DNA of 64,000 bases from Octopus vulgaris (Eukaryota), in the NCBI GenBank assembly GCA_951406725.2, contig OX597827.1, positions 30,442,001 to 30,506,000 on the forward strand, read 5' to 3'. Shown here piece by piece: positions 62,615 to 64,000 of the stretch (position 1 is its first letter; each line of letters begins with the position of its first letter). The notes below the pieces were generated by a model. The model searched no databases, had not been told where the DNA came from, and saw only the letters and a list, made by a program, of their open reading frames with translations. Made by a program: the position numbers and the translations under genes.

Positions 62615-63075
62615 TAGACAGATGACGGCCTGGCAGGAACATCACTTTGACAAGACATGGTTCTTCTATCCACAAGCACAAAGATTATTATTGTGACTGA
62701 TTTTACTGTGCTTTGGGAGGACAGACATTTCTCAGCAACTGAAGAAATTCTAACACCAGGACTTTGTTGATGAAGCAATTGTCAAAGGATGGCATTCAGC
62801 CTCAGTCCCCACTGAAGTCAGCTGCCATGGGTTTCCAGCAAGATCAGCGCACTGTTTCATGCAGAAGATTGGTTTGGAACTCAAACGTCAGAAGAAAGCC
62901 TCAGAGGAGATAATCTTGGCAGCAGAGATCACCTCAATGTGGTTGAAGTTGAGAAAAGACTGCAGATAGGGCCCTTCTGTAGGTAAAAACTAGTTCAGCC
63001 TTCATTACCTCCACTCAGGAGATGTATACAGAATAAGGGGTGAAACATTTGTGACCCTGAGATACCTGCTGAAGG
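62615..63075 (+). mobile_element. Decayed HERO-like RLE endonuclease 3' fragment
   Basis: TSL*QDMVLLS..IIIVTDFTVLWE...GW...TEVSCHGFPA...AAEITSMWLKLRK, a relic of the RPD..ELTVPWE..EVGCRGF..WLWLK pattern. Confidence 0.7.
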
Positions 63076-63194
63076 TACAGAAGGGTTTCAAACAATATGA
63101 TAGCTTTAATCATTGTCAACAAAAGGACTTGCAGCCTCTTTAAGTTGCTCCTGAAATTTCTACTTAGGGAAAATTATCTCTGATCTATATATTC

Positions 63195-63260
63195 ATCATC
63201 GTTGTCACCATCATCATTATCAGCATTGCCACCATCATCATCACCACCACCATCCATCAC

Positions 63261-63292
<32 letters not shown>
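63195..63292. repeat. (CAT/CAC)n microsatellite
   Basis: Seen directly. Confidence 0.9.
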
Positions 63293-64000
63293 ATTATTGT
63301 TTTAACATTTACTTTTCCATGCTTGCATGGATCAGATAAGAGTACATTGTGGTAGAGTTTTTCTATGAACAGATGCCCTTCCTGTTGCAATTCCCCCTTT
63401 GTTTTCAAGCAGGATGAGAATCACTCAGTCCATCAAACAACAGACAGCCCGGACACAATCTCTTGGTGGACTGCAAGCCAATGACACTGTCAGGAAGTCA
63501 TTGTTTACAAACACGAGGGAAATATGAAGTCACTTATACAAACACAATCACATACACACACACACATGTATAACAAGCTTCTTCAGCTGCCATTTACCAA
63601 GATCTATACTCAAGGCTTTAGTCAACCCATGGTCATCTGTAGAAGACACTAGCCAAAGGTTCCATTGCAACTTCTTGACCACACAGTCATACAGGTGTAT
63701 CGAAAGCAAATACAGCAGGGCCTCATATGTAATGTAGTGTGCTGAAAAACTTTGACTAACTGATACTATGAAATTAGTAGACAATAGATATGTGAGACCT
63801 TACCACATTTATATTTTCACTTAGTGCTCTTCTATTTCTGTCTCACATTCACATTGTACTTGCACCCCACTCTTCTCTCTCTTTCTCTTCTTCACTTCCA
63901 GGTCAGCAAGCCATGTATTCACCTCTTTGGCAAGACCCCTGTTACTCTCCCTCTGTCATATGTTATTTCTCCAGTCTAGATCCTGCTCAGTTGAAGGCAT

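Overview
AT-rich, repeat-dense animal genomic DNA. The SINE, RTE and microsatellite repertoire strongly suggests an octopod cephalopod (inference). The only host genes I can support are two tandem, same-strand paralogs of FANK1 (fibronectin type III + ankyrin repeats). Paralog A shows its last 5-6 coding exons at 1-11721. Paralog B shows 9 coding exons at 33490-62271, and its terminal exon probably lies beyond the window. Both were rebuilt by hand with GT-AG junctions and consistent phases. The rest is transposon-derived: two Tc1 elements (one a single stop codon from intact), a mariner relic, a Gypsy provirus with TSD, Tx1/L1, CR1, RTE, R4-like and HERO-like LINE fragments, Penelope-like (Naiad-type) fragments, a piggyBac fragment, many MITEs, SINEs and satellites. 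The most interesting non-standard signals are: (1) a 25-copy, higher-order-repeated array of putative compact H-type pseudoknots plus hairpins in an RTE 3' UTR; (2) at least five minimal hammerhead-ribozyme motifs of several sequence families; (3) an orientation-switching minisatellite made of overlapping NF-kB/STAT/HSF-like motifs inside a FANK1 intron; (4) strong protein divergence between FANK1 paralogs whose introns are still alignable. All counts and alignments were done by eye and need computational confirmation.
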